A stretch of 64,000 nt of DNA from Candidatus Omnitrophota bacterium (GCA_042570305.1 JBHPGP010000004.1:2230-66229); one strand, 5' to 3'. Shown: positions 41,072 to 51,613, counted from the stretch's first letter. The notes: generated from the letters alone by a model not told the origin. Numbers and translations: made by a program.

Positions 41072-42569
41072 TATGATTTTCTTTAAGATAAGTGCCTGTT
41101 GGCGCGATGAACATCTTCTTATGCAGGATATCATGAATATTTAAGCTTAAAAATATAGTATAAAATTTAGGGTTTGGAATATGCCATAAGCTCTTAAGCA
41201 TAAACCAGCAACGTTTGATATCCTTTAATCTTAAAGCGTACAATGAAAATTTAAGTCTATTTCTGTTGAAGAAATACCCCCCTAAACTTGTTGTTCTGGT
41301 AAAGATGCCTTTTCTCCAGGATTTACTTAATCTATTGTAAAGATTACCGTAAGCATAAAATCTCTTGTTAGTATCAATGACCATCCGGGATAATTCTGCG
41401 GCAGATTCAGGTTTCGGCTTAAAACAAAACAGCGAACAATCATAATGCCTCCAGTCATTATCTATAATCCTGTTTTCTTCAAGCAGCTGTTTGGCAATAG
41501 CTGTTCCGGGAAAAGGGGTCAGCGAACAAACCAAAGGAAATTCTATATTACAGTCCTCCACAAATTTCTTGATCTTATCGAAGATACTCTTATCTTCCGA
41601 ATCATAGCCTACAATAAAGCTTGCCAGTACTCCCATCCCGTAAGAATGAATCTTATTGATAACGTCAGAATATGTTTTCACTCTGTTGACCGCACCCTTA
41701 TTCATCGAATCTATAGTCTTCTGTATCAACGACTCCAAGCCGACTACCACATGGCTGCATCCGCAGGCTGCCATTGATTGCAACACCCGGTCTTCGGTAT
41801 TAATTGTAATCTGGGCAACCCAGTTTCTGATCTTCAGCCTGGAAAGTTCTGCTAAAAATTCTTGCGTACGTTTTGGATTGGCTGCAAAATTATCATCCAC
41901 AAAAAATAAAGTAGCCCTGGGCTTCAGTCTTTGCAGGGCTTTTATTTCCTCAATTACATTCTCAATCGGCTTGAAACGGTATTCCGCTCCGAAAAAAACC
42001 TTTACCGAGCAAAAAGAGCAATTGAACGGGCAGCCCCTGGTTGTCTGTATGGCAAAAGCTCTATAAGAATCCAATTTTATCAGGTCCCACCTAGGAATCA
42101 ACGGCTTTTTCAAATCTTCCCGGAAAGAGGCTTTATAGAAACGCCTGAGCTTGCCTTTCTGGAAATCGCTGATAACCTCTTTCCATACGCCTTCAGCTTC
42201 TCCAATCACAACCGCATCTGCATGACAAATAGCCTCCTCGGGCAGCGCAGAGGGATGGATTCCGCCTAATACCACCTTTACGCCGCTCTTTCTGAATTTA
42301 TCAGCTATTTCATATGCCCTGACAGCCGATGAAGTAAAAACTGAGATGCCTACCAAATCAACATTTGCGTTAAAATCAATCTGTTCAATGTTCTCGTCAA
42401 CTATGCTAATCTCTACGCCTTCAGGAGTCAAAGCGGCAATTGTGGCCAAGGGTAAAGGCGCAAGCCAGGCCCTATCCTCCATAAATTCGGCAATGCTCCT
42501 GTGGTCAAGGATAGAAAGCCTCACTGTTCTCGGGAGAATTAACTGTAATTTCATTATATTATCAACCAC
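41046..42569 (-). CDS. cobalamin-binding-domain (class B) radical SAM enzyme
   Basis: N-terminal B12-type Rossmann ('DLVGISVFTSSAVRAYEIADKFRKSGVKVVLGGIHPS'), then 'TTRGCPFNCSFC' CxxxCxxC. Confidence 0.85.
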   Translation of the reverse strand: MVDNIMKLQLILPRTVRLSILDHRSIAEFMEDRAWLAPLPLATIAALTPEGVEISIVDENIEQIDFNANVDLVGISVFTSSAVRAYEIADKFRKSGVKVVLGGIHPSALPEEAICHADAVVIGEAEGVWKEVISDFQKGKLRRFYKASFREDLKKPLIPRWDLIKLDSYRAFAIQTTRGCPFNCSFCSVKVFFGAEYRFKPIENVIEEIKALQRLKPRATLFFVDDNFAANPKRTQEFLAELSRLKIRNWVAQITINTEDRVLQSMAACGCSHVVVGLESLIQKTIDSMNKGAVNRVKTYSDVINKIHSYGMGVLASFIVGYDSEDKSIFDKIKKFVEDCNIEFPLVCSLTPFPGTAIAKQLLEENRIIDNDWRHYDCSLFCFKPKPESAAELSRMVIDTNKRFYAYGNLYNRLSKSWRKGIFTRTTSLGGYFFNRNRLKFSLYALRLKDIKRCWFMLKSLWHIPNPKFYTIFLSLNIHDILHKKMFIAPTGTYLKENHNGIRNRDS

Positions 42570-43578
42570 AGCATTTCATTAACTTTTCCGGATTAGTTAT
42601 TCTTAAAGAATATTGTAACTGTTTGCAAGGCAAACCGTCACTGGCCAAAGCAGATTTTTCTTCGATGCTAAAGGAGATAAATTCTTCTAGATTGAAATCT
42701 TTGACGCCTTTTTTTACCGATAAATATATCCTTTCAACGCTCATGCCACTGAATTCAAGAATATTTCTCTTGTAGCCTTCCCGGCAAACCAACAGGAATA
42801 GATGCAAGCCTATTTTTAAACGGCGGTATAAAGGAGATACGTAAAGCATATCTAAATACCAGGAATGCTCCTGTCCGTCAGCAGAACATTCCTTTTTTGC
42901 GGTCATAAAGCCGACAATTTTATCTTTCCTGCAGGCAACGAAACAATAACCATTATCCAGCAATTCAGAAAATAGACAATAAATTTTCTTATTGATTTCT
43001 TGAATAGGCATTGGCCAATAATGCCGGACCAGCAATCCTGCAATACCCGGCACGTCTTCTATACTGGCAATCCGATATTGAAATCTGACCATCGAGAAAA
43101 CCCTCTTAACTAAATATCCGCAAACCTCGGAGCCATGAACGACCTGTATGAACTCTCCGAATTTTTCCCTAAGATTTACCAGGCTGATTTCAATTTTTTT
43201 TATGAACGAATACTTAAACGTACTGAAACTGATTATCTGCCCCTTTCTCTCTATAGAGATTAACCTTCCGATTAACTCCTGGGGATATAATTTATCATTA
43301 AAATATAATCCATACTCATTCCTTGCCTCCAGGGCTATTGTATCTACTTCCCGGATTTTCTTAAGCACTTGAAAAATCCCCTCCTGCAAAAAAGTATTGC
43401 GCCCAAAAACAAAATCTCCGGGTTTTATTCGAGAAATATCAGTTTCTTTTATTGTGACTACATCGTTGCGCTTTAGAAATCGATGAAAAAAAATATCCTT
43501 TACTTGAAATTTAAAGATATTCTCTCCGTTAAGATTTTCTTTGCCTATTGGAATGAATTTTGGCGTTACTGAAGCCAT
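42562..43578 (-). CDS. degenerate S24/S26-peptidase-like domain fused to a GNAT acetyltransferase domain (paralogue of 50612..51610)
   Basis: Aligns by eye with 50612..51610 ('DVVTIKETDISRIKPGDFVF' vs 'DMITVKYIDLSEIAPGDIIVY'; 'YRIASIEDV' vs 'YRIATVSDT'; 'KDKIVGF' vs 'KDKIIGS'). GTSMRP is replaced by KDIFFHR, IHRV by IFQV, and KGD by ARN. Confidence 0.55.
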   Translation of the reverse strand: MASVTPKFIPIGKENLNGENIFKFQVKDIFFHRFLKRNDVVTIKETDISRIKPGDFVFGRNTFLQEGIFQVLKKIREVDTIALEARNEYGLYFNDKLYPQELIGRLISIERKGQIISFSTFKYSFIKKIEISLVNLREKFGEFIQVVHGSEVCGYLVKRVFSMVRFQYRIASIEDVPGIAGLLVRHYWPMPIQEINKKIYCLFSELLDNGYCFVACRKDKIVGFMTAKKECSADGQEHSWYLDMLYVSPLYRRLKIGLHLFLLVCREGYKRNILEFSGMSVERIYLSVKKGVKDFNLEEFISFSIEEKSALASDGLPCKQLQYSLRITNPEKLMKCCG

Positions 43579-43620
43579 CTTAATGTTCCTGCTTTTTAAA
43601 GAAGTGATAAGCTGCGAAAA

Positions 43621-45087
43621 CTAATAAATCTCTGAAAAACCTTCTTCTAAACCCTCCCATCCTTTCAGGGCCAATAAAATATTTATTTCTCTTTTCATCT
43701 GGCTTAAATCTTTTCTTGTTTTTAAGTTATAATTTCTATAAAAGTAATTCAAAACCTTTTGGTCATTCATATTTTTAATAATTAATTTTTCGAAGCTTCT
43801 TATTCCTGCCTCGTTTAATATTCCGTATTTAATTCGTAATTTCTTTTTTATAAAAATTCGTTTCTTGGAATTTAATGCAATTGCCTTATCTATTTTATCA
43901 GAATTGCGGGCTGTCATTATCTTCGGCTCAAAATAACTGACAGACAGATTACGAATTACAGATTTTATATCCTTTAAGGCAGGCCCGTGAATAAAAATCT
44001 CTGTTTTTGCATTGTTTAATGACCAGGGATGCCTCTGGCGCTTATTATTTTGTAGAATCTTTAAAAAATGATTTATGTTTGCTGAGGAATCTTGAATTGA
44101 TAAACGCCTTATATACCCTGCTTGCGTTAATTCTTCGAAATCCTCATTCACTAAAAAAGCTATCCTTTTCCTGCCGTTCTTGCCATGAAACCTGTTTTTA
44201 TATTCGCGTGAACAATAATTAATCGGAAGGCTTATTTTCTTATCGAATGCGTATTTTAAAATTTTCAATGCGGTCATTTCTGATTCAAAAATACCGAGGT
44301 CTGGCTGATGAAGAAAAGTGTACTTCCGGTCAATAAAATTTCTATAGTTGTATTTGTATGCCTGTAATTGGTGGATGTTTAAATGCACAACGCCCAACTC
44401 CTGCATTTTTTTTAAACACCCCCTAACCTTTTCGTAATCTTCCGGTATAGCGGGAATCTCAACTGTAACTCTATCTATAAAACCGGTGGCTAATTTGAGG
44501 CAACGCAAATCATAATCTCTGGCACTGATATTAAACCTAATTTCATTAAGTCCTGCCTCTTTTAATCTTCTTAATTTGTTTTTATCAATCAAGTCGCCGT
44601 TTGTATATATCCAAAGATAAAGCCTCCTGCCAAACCTTTCTCTGATTTTCCTTATATACAATAATAATTTTTCAAAAACCAACAAAGCCTCGCCACCGCT
44701 GAAAGCGACTCCTTTAAAATTAAATTTTTCTAAATAGCTGACATAATCATCGGGGTCATCAAATATAATATCTTCTGCGAATGCGCTGCGTTCTTTCTTG
44801 ATTTTTCTATCTTGAGGACAAAAAAAACAATTTGCCGTGCATAGGCCATTTATAAACATGCACGACCAGGCCCCCTGCCCGCAGATTAAGCATCCCGGAG
44901 ACAACCTGCCAGAATGAATCTTGTTCCGTTTAAAGCTGTAAGTTGCTCTGTGGGAAATGGATTTTAACAATTCGTCTCTTTCTTTATTTGCCTGCTTTGC
45001 TTCTTTTTCTGACAGCCACTTCAGCTCTGAATAAACCCGGCCAATCTGCTGTTTGACATTTAATCTATTCGCTTCTTTAATTACCAT
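43621..45087 (-). CDS. radical SAM enzyme with an extra N-terminal Cys cluster
   Basis: 'SPGCLICGQGAWSCMFINGLCTANCFFCPQ' (CxxC-x6-C-x6-CxxxCxxC), 'FSGGEALL' SAM-binding motif. No B12 or SPASM domain recognised. Confidence 0.7.
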   Translation of the reverse strand: MVIKEANRLNVKQQIGRVYSELKWLSEKEAKQANKERDELLKSISHRATYSFKRNKIHSGRLSPGCLICGQGAWSCMFINGLCTANCFFCPQDRKIKKERSAFAEDIIFDDPDDYVSYLEKFNFKGVAFSGGEALLVFEKLLLYIRKIRERFGRRLYLWIYTNGDLIDKNKLRRLKEAGLNEIRFNISARDYDLRCLKLATGFIDRVTVEIPAIPEDYEKVRGCLKKMQELGVVHLNIHQLQAYKYNYRNFIDRKYTFLHQPDLGIFESEMTALKILKYAFDKKISLPINYCSREYKNRFHGKNGRKRIAFLVNEDFEELTQAGYIRRLSIQDSSANINHFLKILQNNKRQRHPWSLNNAKTEIFIHGPALKDIKSVIRNLSVSYFEPKIMTARNSDKIDKAIALNSKKRIFIKKKLRIKYGILNEAGIRSFEKLIIKNMNDQKVLNYFYRNYNLKTRKDLSQMKREINILLALKGWEGLEEGFSEIY

Positions 45088-45118
45088 TTGTAATCTGGCG
45101 TAGTATTTTCAATATATT

Positions 45119-46387
45119 TTAGCTGCCTGACATAGTCTGCCTGCTGCAATCATCAGCCGCAGCATTCTGCCGGGAATAAAAACTTACACATTGCTTCAAA
45201 GAAAGTACGCTCATTGATAAACGGTCAGGGACAGTAATAATTGTGATTTTGATTCTCGGATAGGTTTTCTTAATTAAATCCACGCTGTCAAGGTGCAAAT
45301 CTAACCTCATATCGATACCAAACATTGTGTGAGGAATATATATATGTTTCAGATGGCTTTTTCTAAGGATTTTTTTAATTTCCGACAATATGGCCTTGAC
45401 TGTAATTCCTAATGCAAAATCCACGCATCCCCCAAAACAACTATGAACCGGAACGACATGTGCATCCTTATTAATTATAGCTCTAATTATCGGATATGCC
45501 CCGTGAGAACAAAAGATTGCTTCCCCTGGTTTACCTTTACAGACAGAGAGCAATTTTTTAAGCTCTTTTTTCCATGCCCAGGCATAGATTTGAGGTTCGG
45601 GACTGAAAGAAATCCGCCTGGAAATATTTTCTAATCTTCCATTGTTTTTCTTTAAATAAGCAACGATTGCCTGAAAATCATGTCGAGCATTATCTGAATA
45701 TTCTTTTATATAAACCGGTGATAGCCTATTATAATACAGCTTATGGATATAAAAACTGCCATTATTTCTGACGGTGAACGGATTCAAATACTCAATATCG
45801 GAAATTAATTGTTCCTTGGTAAGATAGAGAAGATAAAATATTGGGCGCCTGAGGACTACACATATTTTCTTAAGATTAGCAATACTGATATTAGGATTCA
45901 TAACGCGTTTGCGTATTCCTGGATCAAGGGTAATGATGGACAGAAATACATTAAATTTATCAGGATATTTTGAAGAGAAATACTTTATCTGGTCAATGTT
46001 GACATTCAGTCCCGTTGTATATATCTCTAACGGTATTTTCCTGTTTTTTAAAATCAATTCTATTTGTTTAAAGCTTAAGCCTAAAGAAAAAAAATCACAA
46101 CGGGGAAAATAATGGAATTTATCCGCTATTTTCATGACCGGCATAATAAATGAATCCGTTATCCGCGCTTCGGATTCATTCATAAAAAAGAGGGCTTTTT
46201 TTATGTTATGCGAAAATGAATTATTTGAATACCGGGCAATATATTTTGTTTTTATCCAAGGAAAGAGTTTAGTAAATTGTTGCTCGTAACAAAAACGGCA
46301 TTTGTTAGGACAGGCACCATTTTGCGGTATGATAGACCCGTGCCGCATTGCCATGACTATATCCTCGTTTTTAATCTCTGTGGACAT
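45119..46387 (-). CDS. radical SAM-like protein
   Basis: 'NGACPNKCRFCYEQQ' CxxxCxxC near the N-terminus. Nothing else recognised. Confidence 0.55.
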   Translation of the reverse strand: MSTEIKNEDIVMAMRHGSIIPQNGACPNKCRFCYEQQFTKLFPWIKTKYIARYSNNSFSHNIKKALFFMNESEARITDSFIMPVMKIADKFHYFPRCDFFSLGLSFKQIELILKNRKIPLEIYTTGLNVNIDQIKYFSSKYPDKFNVFLSIITLDPGIRKRVMNPNISIANLKKICVVLRRPIFYLLYLTKEQLISDIEYLNPFTVRNNGSFYIHKLYYNRLSPVYIKEYSDNARHDFQAIVAYLKKNNGRLENISRRISFSPEPQIYAWAWKKELKKLLSVCKGKPGEAIFCSHGAYPIIRAIINKDAHVVPVHSCFGGCVDFALGITVKAILSEIKKILRKSHLKHIYIPHTMFGIDMRLDLHLDSVDLIKKTYPRIKITIITVPDRLSMSVLSLKQCVSFYSRQNAAADDCSRQTMSGS

Positions 46388-46446
46388 TCCGCAACCGATA
46401 TTTTGATCAAAACCTAAAATAAAAAACTTTCAACCAGCTCACTTAC

Positions 46447-47814
46447 TCAGATTACACCGCAATTCTTGTTACTTAAGGTTAATTTCCTGATATCCTCCTC
46501 ATTCTTTTTATATCTCAAAATTTCGTTTAAATTTACGAATTTGTAGAGATAATAAAAAGAAAATATCTCGGGGTTATCTCTGATTAACTTTATGCACTCC
46601 TTGGGCATATGCTCTAAATTTACATGGAAAGAGGAATCCTTCTTAGGAAACAAACAGAGTTTTCCTTTGTATTTAGAGTAAATTTCTGAATTTTTAACGG
46701 GGTTCAATTGGTGTAGCTGCACCACTAGTTTATTCAGATTTAAATATTTCTTAAAAAACAGGGTTTCCCTAAAGTCATTTAAAGTTTCAAAAGGAAATAA
46801 ATACATAAAAGAGACTGCCACTCCTTTAATGTATCTTTTTGACAGTAACAATATCTCAATTGCTTTCTCAATTGTAAATCCTTTTTTTATTTTTCTCAAA
46901 ATCCTATTGGAGCCGGATTCGACTCCAAAATATATACCCTGACAGCCGCTTTCTGACATAATCTTCAACAATTCCTTATCTACCCGGTCAATCCTGCCGT
47001 AACAATGCCATCCCGGGTTTAGATTTTCCCTTCTTAATAATTTACAAAATTTAATTACCCTCGCCCTGTTTAAAATGAATGCTTCATCGATAATATCTAT
47101 CATGAACCTCTTGCTCTTTTTTATTTTTTTTATTAATTTTATTTCTTGGATAACATCATTAATATCCCTGTACGCTACCCCTCCCCGGCTTAAGCAGGGA
47201 AGTTGACAGAATGTGCATCTGTAAGAACAGCCGAAGGAAGTCCTTATGTAAAACACCCGGTAGGAGCCGATGTTCTTACTACGGTCGTAAGGAAAGATAT
47301 CGGGGATTATCGAATTTGAATAAAATCTATCGTAATTATTGCTTATGATATGTCGGCCGCTTCTGTATACCAAACCCTCGATATCGTTAAAAATCTTTTC
47401 TTGCTTTATAATTTTTTTAACCAGTGCTGGAAGGGATGCCGTGCCGCAACCCTTGATGACAAAATCGATAAAGGGGAATTTACCCATAATCTCTTCTGCA
47501 AACTCCGCCGGCGCAAGACCCCCCAAAATAATCATCTTTCCCGGAAATTTTCTTTTGATTTTTGCCAGCGCTACTAAAACTACGGGAAGGGCATCAGACC
47601 AACAGCCTATTGCAACTATATCCCGGGAATTGAGTAAATATGAATAAAGTTTGTCTATGTCGGCTTTCGTGCAAACTCCAAGCTTACTGTAAACTGGGCA
47701 TATCTTAAGATCAAACTGGATATTGGCCTTCTCTAATCCATAGGCTAAATAAAGAGCGCCCAGGGGTATTGCGAAGCGGTTATAAGTAAATTGAATAAGA
47801 GTAAGGCTGTTCAA
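46447..47814 (-). CDS. cobalamin-binding-domain (class B) radical SAM enzyme (short paralogue)
   Basis: 'IILGGLAPA' B12-type domain, 'TSFGCSYRCTFCQLP'. C-terminal 'NPEIFSFYYLYK' motif shared with 48803..50566 and 53826..55472. Confidence 0.8.
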   Translation of the reverse strand: MNSLTLIQFTYNRFAIPLGALYLAYGLEKANIQFDLKICPVYSKLGVCTKADIDKLYSYLLNSRDIVAIGCWSDALPVVLVALAKIKRKFPGKMIILGGLAPAEFAEEIMGKFPFIDFVIKGCGTASLPALVKKIIKQEKIFNDIEGLVYRSGRHIISNNYDRFYSNSIIPDIFPYDRSKNIGSYRVFYIRTSFGCSYRCTFCQLPCLSRGGVAYRDINDVIQEIKLIKKIKKSKRFMIDIIDEAFILNRARVIKFCKLLRRENLNPGWHCYGRIDRVDKELLKIMSESGCQGIYFGVESGSNRILRKIKKGFTIEKAIEILLLSKRYIKGVAVSFMYLFPFETLNDFRETLFFKKYLNLNKLVVQLHQLNPVKNSEIYSKYKGKLCLFPKKDSSFHVNLEHMPKECIKLIRDNPEIFSFYYLYKFVNLNEILRYKKNEEDIRKLTLSNKNCGVI

Positions 47815-47815
47815 C

Positions 47816-48793
47816 TTATTTGTTAGTTCCCCTTATGTTTTGCAGGCTTGTATTAAGATATGAATAGTTTAAACCATAAGCGGCTACATCCCAGCAGCCA
47901 TTACAGACAGGACTTTTTGCTAAGGCTGCTATGGCTTTTTTAACTCCGAGCTTCAGGCAATCTTGCCCCCTTAAAGCATGCAGATTGCGGTTCCAAATGC
48001 AGGGATAAATCTTGCCGTCCGGACCAAGATGAAAAAAGATTTTTTCTGAAATGCAATCTATTCTTGCCGCCAGCGGCCATTGTCGGATATATCGAAGTAC
48101 CGGCAAAGGACTTTGAATGAATCTATTGCCTTTTTGTTTCTCCATTATCAATTTATCAATTGCCTCTCGATATTTTTTTTGGAAAGGAGCTATCGGATTC
48201 TTAATATCGGTTCCGTATAAATTCTCTGTGGCTGGCTGGAATAAAACCCCTATTTCTAACCTGCTGGCTAAATTCAAAATAAAATCAATTCGATTTAGAT
48301 TTAATCTTGATAAAACGGTACGGAAATAAACAGGTATTTTTTTCTTTTTTGCCAGCCGGGCTGCCTCTAAAACCCTTTTATATGCGCCCTTTTTCCTGCG
48401 TATATAATCGTGTATCTCCTGCGGTCCGTCCAAACTAAGGCAAAGCGCGCGCAGGCCGTCAATCTGAGATATCTTTTCCTCTACCAAATAACCATTTGAG
48501 CTTATATCGAATGCGATCTTTTTTTTGCGGATAAAATTTATGATTTCTCCTATATCATCCCTTAATAGCGGCTCGCCGCCAGAGAGGCAAATTAGCATTA
48601 CCCCCATCGCTGCTAATTCATTTATAATCCTCAGGGCTTCTTTGGTATTCATCTCCCGGCACTTTATCTTGTATATCTGGCAGTATAAGCAATTGTGGTT
48701 ACAGCGATGCGTCAATGCCCAGCTGATGAGAAAGGGAGATTTGGCTTTTTGTAATCTTTTTTGAATCGCAACAGCTGGAATATTTTGCCTCAT
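47816..48793 (-). CDS. radical SAM enzyme with C-terminal Cys-rich (SPASM/twitch-like) tail
   Basis: 'WALTHRCNHNCLYCQIY', 'LSGGEPLLRDD'. C-terminal 'GKIYPCIW...QDC...PVCNGCW'. Paralogue of 52816..53829. Confidence 0.8.
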   Translation of the reverse strand: MRQNIPAVAIQKRLQKAKSPFLISWALTHRCNHNCLYCQIYKIKCREMNTKEALRIINELAAMGVMLICLSGGEPLLRDDIGEIINFIRKKKIAFDISSNGYLVEEKISQIDGLRALCLSLDGPQEIHDYIRRKKGAYKRVLEAARLAKKKKIPVYFRTVLSRLNLNRIDFILNLASRLEIGVLFQPATENLYGTDIKNPIAPFQKKYREAIDKLIMEKQKGNRFIQSPLPVLRYIRQWPLAARIDCISEKIFFHLGPDGKIYPCIWNRNLHALRGQDCLKLGVKKAIAALAKSPVCNGCWDVAAYGLNYSYLNTSLQNIRGTNK

Positions 48794-48802
48794 CTCTTCC
48801 CG

Positions 48803-50566
48803 CTATGAATTTAGACGGCTTGTCTTTGGCATTTTAAGCTCATGATAATTTTTTAAAAATGGGTTTCTTGCTTCGGGTATGGCTTCTTTGAACATTTCCA
48901 AGCGCCCTACTATCCTATTACTCTCTTTTAAATATTTCTGACAAAGGTTTCTTTCAGCTTGTATAATATGACTCAAGAATTTAAAAGAAGTTTTATTGTT
49001 CCGATAAATAGCTTTTAAAAAAACGGGGAAATATCTTGTAACTTCTTGCAGAGAAAAAACTGATAGACTGCTATTGGAAACTAAGTTCCTTTTTCTTGCC
49101 CACCTGTCCATGGAGGTAGTGATTTCTGAGGGGGTAAGATTCAGTTCCTTTGTTGCCATATAGAAGGATAAGGGATAAGTATATAATAGGTTTAGAAATG
49201 TTTTAGCAGTTTTATAAAGAAAGTTTGCTGTAACATAACCGGGTTTAACAAAATAAAAATTACTGAAAAGCATGGGATGCTTTTTGATTAAATGTATATT
49301 TTCTTTTATCCTGATCATTGGTCCTTCAGACACCCGGGACCAAAACCCGGTAAAGACTAACCTGTCTTGATTTTCCTCAAACAAGATTGTTCCCGCCATA
49401 GGAGCAAAAAGATGGAGCTGAAAATAGATATAATTACGGCAAATAACTGTATATTTTAAGATAAGGCGAAGAGTCGCATCTATGTCTTTATGCCTTTCTT
49501 GTGGGAATCCAATGACAAAACTCATCCTTAAATAAATATTATATTTTTCACATTCTTTGATAATTTTCGGAATTAGGGAAAGATTTAAGTTCTTTCTTAT
49601 AACTTTTTGGATCTGCGCTGACCCGGATTCAATACCGAAATAAATATCCCTGCAACCGGCTTGAGCCATTTTTTTTAACAACACCGGACCTACGGCATGC
49701 AGCCTTGAACTGCAGCTCCAATTGATATTTATTCCCCTAGCTAACAAAAGGTTGCATATCTTTTTGACAAATCTGCGGTCAAGCAGAAAATGATCGTGCC
49801 CAAAATCAAATTTATTAATACCGTATTTTTTATTTAACAGCTCAATTTCCTCCAAGATGTTCTCCGGGCGTCTAAGGCGAAACAACCTACGCCACATTAC
49901 TCCGGTCGCGCAGAATGCGCATCTATAAGGGCAGCCCCTTCCAACACAGATATATACCAATGCGTCTTTAAGTTTATTATAACCGCTAAGATACTTATCC
50001 ATCAAATGATAGGCAGGCAGAGGTATTGAATCCAAATCCCGGATAAGCTCCCTTTCTTTATTTCGGATTATTTGACCGTCTTTTCTGTAGGTAATGCCAG
50101 CGGTGTCTTTCAAATCCCATTTATTACTTAACTTATTTATCAATTCAAGGATAGTCGCCTCCCCTTCTCCCCTGACGATTATATCTACGAAGGGAAAGGT
50201 TCTTAATGTTTCTACATCGGTAAGGGTGGCCTGGGGTCCGCCCAGGATTATGGTCGAGTTAGGATTAAGCTGTTTACATCTTCTGGCGATATTTAAAACA
50301 ACGGGGTAGCTGTCGCAACGTGTATTGAAACCCAAAATATCAATGTTTTGCCTGACTATAAATTTGGCGGCATTGAGAGAAAAAGAGTTACTAATGGTTA
50401 ATTGCTTCTTCCTAATCAGCCAAGCCAAATCCGTAAGCTCAACCTTATAATGATCCTTCTTCAAAGCTGCTGCCAACGACAGCAGCCCTAATTGAAAATC
50501 AAGCATTACAAAATCGAGATAATTACCTCTCCTCATCAAATTACAATTTATGAGATTTATTGCCAT
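48803..50566 (-). CDS. cobalamin-binding-domain (class B) radical SAM enzyme
   Basis: 'IILGGPQATLTDVETLRTFPFVDIIVRGEGE' B12-type domain, 'VGRGCPYRCAFCAT'. Close paralogue of 53826..55472. Confidence 0.85.
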   Translation of the reverse strand: MAINLINCNLMRRGNYLDFVMLDFQLGLLSLAAALKKDHYKVELTDLAWLIRKKQLTISNSFSLNAAKFIVRQNIDILGFNTRCDSYPVVLNIARRCKQLNPNSTIILGGPQATLTDVETLRTFPFVDIIVRGEGEATILELINKLSNKWDLKDTAGITYRKDGQIIRNKERELIRDLDSIPLPAYHLMDKYLSGYNKLKDALVYICVGRGCPYRCAFCATGVMWRRLFRLRRPENILEEIELLNKKYGINKFDFGHDHFLLDRRFVKKICNLLLARGININWSCSSRLHAVGPVLLKKMAQAGCRDIYFGIESGSAQIQKVIRKNLNLSLIPKIIKECEKYNIYLRMSFVIGFPQERHKDIDATLRLILKYTVICRNYIYFQLHLFAPMAGTILFEENQDRLVFTGFWSRVSEGPMIRIKENIHLIKKHPMLFSNFYFVKPGYVTANFLYKTAKTFLNLLYTYPLSFYMATKELNLTPSEITTSMDRWARKRNLVSNSSLSVFSLQEVTRYFPVFLKAIYRNNKTSFKFLSHIIQAERNLCQKYLKESNRIVGRLEMFKEAIPEARNPFLKNYHELKMPKTSRLNS

Positions 50567-50611
50567 ATTGCCTCATAAGTATCCTGCCAATTTATCTGGC
50601 ATATTCTCATC

Positions 50612-51610
50612 TTAATTCAATAAGCGCGTAAAGATAACCGTCTCTTTATCGAACTGCGAATCCTCTTGGTCGCCATATAAGCGCCGCAAAAGCTCAAGCA
50701 GAAAAACATTCCGTTTTGGGACTAAAATCCTCACTATCTTGCCGCCATCTTTTTTGGCTTTTTCTACGGCCAGCTTGATCAGCTGCTTCTCTACCCCCAG
50801 GCTACGATAAAACCAATTAAGAAACAAGTCATATATCCACCGTTCGGAAGATTCGCCCCCTTCGCTTAAAGACGGCCTGATGATTATGCTGCCGATAATT
50901 TTATCTTTTATCTGCGCCAGAAGAAAATATCGAGTATCCCTGAAATTTTTGAAAAATTTCTCAAAACTTTCATTAAGAATTTTTAATTTTGTAGGCCAGC
51001 AGTAGTAGCTATAGAAACGCGCCACTGAAGCCGTATCGCTAACTGTTGCAATTCGATAAGTGATTTTATCCATTTGAATAATCCTTCTAATAAAATAAGC
51101 ATAAAGCCGAGAACCCTGTATCCTGCGCAAAACCCCACCCAATATCCTGTGCCTGACCCAATACCTGATTTCTCTGCGAATAGAATAAATAAAAGTCTCC
51201 AGAATAGATAATTTATTGTGGAATATCCTTCGTAAATTCATCGGGCCGTTTCGAATCTCCAACTTATTCTCCCTTCTTTCTCTGAATATTGCCTTGCCTA
51301 AAATCTGCTCTCCGCAAATATAGTAACCTGGACCTGCCTGAGCATCGCCTTTTGCCAAGAACACGATCTTACCGTTTTTTATATTCTTTCTTAATACACG
51401 ATGAATAATTCTTTCTTGAAATATATTTTGATAGACAATTATGTCTCCTGGAGCTATCTCAGATAGGTCAATATATTTTACCGTAATCATATCCTCGTCC
51501 TGCAAAAATGGCCGCATACTCGTCCCCTGCACGCGAATACAAAAATAATTATTTCTATCTAGGCTACCTTTAATATTTGTTTTAGATCCCTGCGCTGAGG
51601 AAATTCTCAT
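50612..51610 (-). CDS. S24/S26-family serine peptidase domain fused to a GNAT acetyltransferase domain
   Basis: N-terminal 'VQGTSMRPFL...PGDIIVYQ...IIHRVL...LAKGDAQ' (signal-peptidase/LexA-type SM.P, HR and KGD motifs). C-terminal half GNAT-like ('YRSLGVEKQLIKLAVEKAKKDGG'). Confidence 0.7.
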   Translation of the reverse strand: MRISSAQGSKTNIKGSLDRNNYFCIRVQGTSMRPFLQDEDMITVKYIDLSEIAPGDIIVYQNIFQERIIHRVLRKNIKNGKIVFLAKGDAQAGPGYYICGEQILGKAIFRERRENKLEIRNGPMNLRRIFHNKLSILETFIYSIRREIRYWVRHRILGGVLRRIQGSRLYAYFIRRIIQMDKITYRIATVSDTASVARFYSYYCWPTKLKILNESFEKFFKNFRDTRYFLLAQIKDKIIGSIIIRPSLSEGGESSERWIYDLFLNWFYRSLGVEKQLIKLAVEKAKKDGGKIVRILVPKRNVFLLELLRRLYGDQEDSQFDKETVIFTRLLN

Positions 51611-51613
51611 TTT

